This document shows positions 16,549 through 20,000 of a stretch of DNA of 20,000 nt, one piece after another; the first letter of the stretch is position 1, and each line of letters opens with the position of its first letter. The notes under the pieces were generated by a model, which was given only the letters and a program-made list of their open reading frames with translations, searched no databases and was not told the DNA's origin. The translations under genes were made by a program, and so were the position numbers. The stretch is from an uncultured virus (IMG/VR IMGVR_UViG_3300021961_000087) (Duplodnaviria > Heunggongvirae > Uroviricota > Caudoviricetes > Crassvirales). The stretch is from the IMG/VR virus record IMGVR_UViG_3300021961_000087; one strand, 5' to 3'.

Positions 16549-17646
16549 TTAAACTCTTTTTATACTGCGGATTTTCAGGTTTCTTCCTGAATCAGGGTTT
16601 ACCGCTTTCACCTGCATTCCTCCTGATGGAGTGCCAACTTCGGGTGCTTTCCGCTCTGACATATTGATGTTCTTGATTTTACGAGTAACATCATCAGTAG
16701 CGTCAGCCATACCTTGTTCGTAAAAATACTTAGCGAACTTATCAGGATTCATTGCTATAGCCAAAGACCTATGATAGCCTGATGCGTCTTTAATTAAACC
16801 TTGCTCATCTAAAAACTTATTAATAAAGTTCTGTGGTGTAGCTTGGCTCTTTTTTAACTCATTAGCGTCTCCCGGAGCAAACGTGAACTTCTTGTCATTA
16901 ACATTGAACTCAAAACCTTTGAACTCTCCGCTAAAAACTTCGTTCGTCTTTTGGTCAAACCATTGACGTTTACGATTGTTCTCCTCTTCTATTGTCTTTG
17001 CCTGTTGGGTATATTGCTTATAGCTTTCGTAGATTTCTTTTTCTCCATCGGGAATGAATGCCGTACTTGACTCAAGGGGCATTTTGTATTTCTCCTTCTG
17101 AGAATTGAAAAACTTCTTGGCTTCAGCAAGAACTTTCTTTTTTGCGATTTTTACTTTCTTAACAGTTGACTCATCATCCAATTCCTCATCGAATCTGTAA
17201 TCATCCATTAAGACCTCAATGTCATCACTATCGAGTCCCTCCTGTGTAGCAGAGATGTATTCCTTAAGAAGTTGGTCAGGGTCCATTGCGTCAAAGTCCT
17301 TCTTTAACTTAAGAAAGTCTTCAAACCCACGACCTGTCTCCTTCTTATATTTCATATAAGCAGCTACATCTTCAGGTAGTGGCTCAGCTTCTTTACGCTC
17401 AGCAACTAAATCATCTAAAGAGTTAATCTGCTTATTATATCTTTTACCAATATATGAAAGAACGTCTTCGTCTTTTAATTCAACCTCAGTTGATTGAGGT
17501 TCCGGTTCAGGCTCACTTTGCAATGGTTCCGGTTCCGGGTTGGTTTCTTGATTTAACGACTCCTCGTGTTTCTCAAGTAATTGTTGTTCCACTTCTTGAA
17601 CACTCTTTGGTTCAATTATGTCTAAGGCTCTAACTTTTAATTCCAT
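16549..17646 (-). CDS. Putative capsid scaffolding protein, 365 aa
   Basis: Highly acidic, Glu/Pro-rich N-terminus, coiled-coil middle and basic C-terminal tip (LKIRSIKRV). It lies between portal and MCP. Confidence 0.7.
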   Translation of the reverse strand: MELKVRALDIIEPKSVQEVEQQLLEKHEESLNQETNPEPEPLQSEPEPEPQSTEVELKDEDVLSYIGKRYNKQINSLDDLVAERKEAEPLPEDVAAYMKYKKETGRGFEDFLKLKKDFDAMDPDQLLKEYISATQEGLDSDDIEVLMDDYRFDEELDDESTVKKVKIAKKKVLAEAKKFFNSQKEKYKMPLESSTAFIPDGEKEIYESYKQYTQQAKTIEEENNRKRQWFDQKTNEVFSGEFKGFEFNVNDKKFTFAPGDANELKKSQATPQNFINKFLDEQGLIKDASGYHRSLAIAMNPDKFAKYFYEQGMADATDDVTRKIKNINMSERKAPEVGTPSGGMQVKAVNPDSGRNLKIRSIKRV

Positions 17647-17666
17647 TTGATTTAATTTAATTTATA

Positions 17667-17674
17667 CAAACTTA
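17667..17674 (-). promoter_or_regulatory. Bacteroidota-type -7 promoter element (TAAGTTTG) upstream of scaffold/MCP
   Basis: Matches the Bacteroidota primary-sigma consensus TAnnTTTG. Intergenic, 20 nt upstream of the scaffold ATG. Confidence 0.7.
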
Positions 17675-17693
17675 TACAAAAATTTTGACATTT

Positions 17694-20000
17694 TTAACGA
17701 GGCTCAAATTCGGCTAAGTCAAACCCATCCAAGCTATCCTCATTTGACTCAAAATTCATTGGCGGAAGATTGTTCTTTCTTTGATTAATTAATTTAGATT
17801 GCTCGGTATTTTGTTGACTAATTCTCTTCGCCTTGGCATCTTCTTTCATTTTTTCTCTTTCAGTTAAAGTGCCAATTTCCATACCGTGCATCTGCATATT
17901 GTAATCAAACTCTTCACGCATTAATTGAGATTTAAGTTCAGCTTCCATTTGCACCTTTTGCATATCAAATGCAACCTCAGCTTGCTTAATCTTAATCTTT
18001 GAGTTGGTTTCCATTTCAATTTTCTGCATTGCCACTTGACCTGCCAACTCTTGAGACTTCAACTGCTGTTGAGAAATCATAGCTTGCTTTTGCATAGCCA
18101 TCTTCTCCTCACGTTCTTGAGTCTTAACTCTCTTAAGTTTCAGTAATTGATTAGCAAGTTTAAGATTGCGAATCTCACGAATGTCAATTGCATCCTCAAG
18201 ATTAATGTCACCCTTAGATAATGCCATTTGGATATTAGCCTCAAGCTGTGCTTTTTGCTCTTCATCAGGAGAAACCTCAATGAATATACCAAAGTCATAA
18301 ATATAGAGTTCTTTAATCTCTTCTAATATAGATACGTTGTACTTACCAATTTGGTTTGCAAACTCATCTTTAAAATCAGAATATTGTAAAATATCAGCAA
18401 TCCTGTATGTTAAAGCCTCTGCTAATGTACGATATACATACAAAGAACCTTCAAGAATATGTCTTGTAGCTGTATTAGAATTTAATGCAGCCAATTTCTG
18501 TAGACCAACCAATGAGTTAGGGTCAGGGTTAGAACCATCTCTTGCTTCGTTAAGACCGGTCACTGACCTAATCATATCAATATAGTGGTTCATATTTGTA
18601 ATCAACATCTGCGTTTTAGCTGCACCTGAGTTAGATGTCAACTGAGTGATAGGCACTCTTGCATTGTTGAAGTCGCCATCTTGAGTAAAGCTACGTCCAA
18701 TTACACTACCTGTTTGGAAGTATAATCTAAGTGCGTCCTCAGGATTGTATGCGTTACCTGTACCTAAGTCAATTTCGTTTAGACCATCGGCATCAATGAA
18801 GACACCATCAGGTACAGTACGAGCAATAACTTGTTGTAGTTTTAAGTGCGTTATTTGAATCAAGTCAGCAAATGGTATCATCCTTCTGCATAGTGATTCA
18901 ATAGCACCTTTGTACATACGAGGAGCACAAGCAACATAGTTAGGTATTGCGTGTTGAGATGCTGACTTAGGACGAACCATATTCTCAGACATCTTCCACT
19001 GTAATAAGATATTGGTACCCATTACCATAATACCTTCATACCAAACATCAATAGTTTTTTCAATCTTTTCAAAGTTACCCTCTTCCATCATTTCAACAGG
19101 AGGGTTGAAAGTTTCGTCTTTCTCAATTACTCGAGAACCACCACCTTCAAGTTTTTTCTTTTTATAAACAACCTTTTTAGTTGTCTTATAATTAAAATAC
19201 ATCAATGTGCAAGTGTCTCTATAAAACATATCGTTTTGATAGAACTGTGCTACGTTATAATAATCATACCACGCTTGGCTGTATTGAGTAATTTCTTGCA
19301 AGTCTTCTTTAGTTAAAGATTGGTCAATCTTCATTAACTCAGTTAATGGTAATGTTTTAATCTCACCCCAATAAAAACAATCTTTAAAAAATGGGTCTTC
19401 TGTGTAACTATAAACAACGTTAGCCGGGTCTACATAACTTATCTTAACACCTGTTCCTTGTAAGAACTCGTGCTTTGCAATACTAATACCAATAACAGTT
19501 TGGTCGTAATTTAATCTTCTACGAATATCTTCATAATGATTCTCATCAAATATGGTATTGATTGCTTCTTCTTCTGCTATTTCAATTGCCGGCTTATATT
19601 TAAGCTGCATATATAATGACAACTCATCATCTGTTTCAGGAAGTTCTTCAGGGTCCATTAAAAATGGATTAGCACCTGTTAACTCTTGAATTTTTGTAAG
19701 AACAGGCTTACCTGCCATTTGTGTTTCAAGCATATCTTGATACTTGTTTCTTTTAGCTTGAGACATTGCATCTTGTGCATATGCTTTCACTTTAAACAAT
19801 CTATCAGACATTCCATTAACAACAATATCAATAAACTTTGGTATAATAGGAACAGGAGTCCAATCAAGATTTAAGTAAGACAAATCGCCATCAATAGCCA
19901 ATTCATTTTTGTATTTACCAATTGGCTGCTCACCTCTTGCATATAGTCTTAGTCTGCGGAAATCTTGCCATTGACCGTAGTATCTACAATTGTTTCCGTC
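17694..20000 (-). CDS. Portal protein (5' end outside the window)
   Basis: The frame stays open upstream of the ORF-track TTG start (DGNNCRYYGQWQDFRRLRLYARGEQPIGKYKNELAIDGDLSYLNLDWTPVPIIPKF). It has portal-like motifs IRSVTGLNEARDG and YDFGIFIE plus a long C-terminal Gln/Met/Lys coiled coil, and sits upstream of scaffold and MCP. Confidence 0.85.
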   Translation of the reverse strand, partial: DGNNCRYYGQWQDFRRLRLYARGEQPIGKYKNELAIDGDLSYLNLDWTPVPIIPKFIDIVVNGMSDRLFKVKAYAQDAMSQAKRNKYQDMLETQMAGKPVLTKIQELTGANPFLMDPEELPETDDELSLYMQLKYKPAIEIAEEEAINTIFDENHYEDIRRRLNYDQTVIGISIAKHEFLQGTGVKISYVDPANVVYSYTEDPFFKDCFYWGEIKTLPLTELMKIDQSLTKEDLQEITQYSQAWYDYYNVAQFYQNDMFYRDTCTLMYFNYKTTKKVVYKKKKLEGGGSRVIEKDETFNPPVEMMEEGNFEKIEKTIDVWYEGIMVMGTNILLQWKMSENMVRPKSASQHAIPNYVACAPRMYKGAIESLCRRMIPFADLIQITHLKLQQVIARTVPDGVFIDADGLNEIDLGTGNAYNPEDALRLYFQTGSVIGRSFTQDGDFNNARVPITQLTSNSGAAKTQMLITNMNHYIDMIRSVTGLNEARDGSNPDPNSLVGLQKLAALNSNTATRHILEGSLYVYRTLAEALTYRIADILQYSDFKDEFANQIGKYNVSILEEIKELYIYDFGIFIEVSPDEEQKAQLEANIQMALSKGDINLEDAIDIREIRNLKLANQLLKLKRVKTQEREEKMAMQKQAMISQQQLKSQELAGQVAMQKIEMETNSKIKIKQAEVAFDMQKVQMEAELKSQLMREEFDYNMQMHGMEIGTLTEREKMKEDAKAKRISQQNTEQSKLINQRKNNLPPMNFESNEDSLDGFDLAEFEPR

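Noticed and set aside
17495..17545. Short GGTTCC/GGTTCA repeats
   Set aside because: They encode the EPEPEP linker of the scaffold protein and are not a CRISPR or regulatory array.
617..19874. All plus-strand ORFs in the track (60-112 aa)
   Set aside because: They are short, lie antisense to long minus-strand genes, mostly start at TTG/GTG and have no recognisable motifs. They are treated as shadow ORFs.
19899..19901. ORF-track start of the portal
   Set aside because: It is an internal TTG (Leu), and the frame stays open to the window edge.
2712..20000. Stop-codon reassignment as known in some crAss-like phages
   Set aside because: All long genes are intact under code 11 with no internal TAG/TGA. 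All 12 visible gene ends use TAA, so recoding elsewhere in the genome cannot be excluded, but nothing here supports it.
1..20000. tRNA, CRISPR array, intron/intein, integrase, transposase or diversity-generating retroelement
   Set aside because: Intergenic gaps are all under about 90 nt and are explained by terminators, promoters and leaders. I saw no long nucleotide repeats, reverse transcriptase, homing endonuclease or intein motifs by eye.

Overview
The window is part of a tailed bacteriophage genome: a co-oriented, minus-strand virion morphogenesis module. Read right to left it encodes portal (5'-truncated), acidic scaffold, major capsid protein, a conserved 247-aa protein, two neck/tail-adaptor-like proteins, a 1472-aa tail stabilization/nozzle-like protein, a Cys-rich 425-aa protein, a 267-aa nozzle-C-terminus-like protein, a GNAT-like protein and three ejection-type internal virion proteins. 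The last of these (start 2689, at least 896 codons) runs off the left edge and is missing from the ORF track. Gene order suggests podovirus morphology. Three intergenic TAnnTTTG boxes and A-rich leaders without Shine-Dalgarno sites suggest a Bacteroidota host. The most unusual signals lie inside the giant ejection gene. It has a nested +1-frame ORF (MPFKNKQQMKACYAQANPKWDCRKWAKETKDLK...) and a T-TTA-AAA-AAA-AAA slippery tract leading into a short -1-frame hydrophobic tail. The nozzle gene also appears split around an inserted Cys-rich module. Functional calls come from synteny and motif recognition only; no searches were run.
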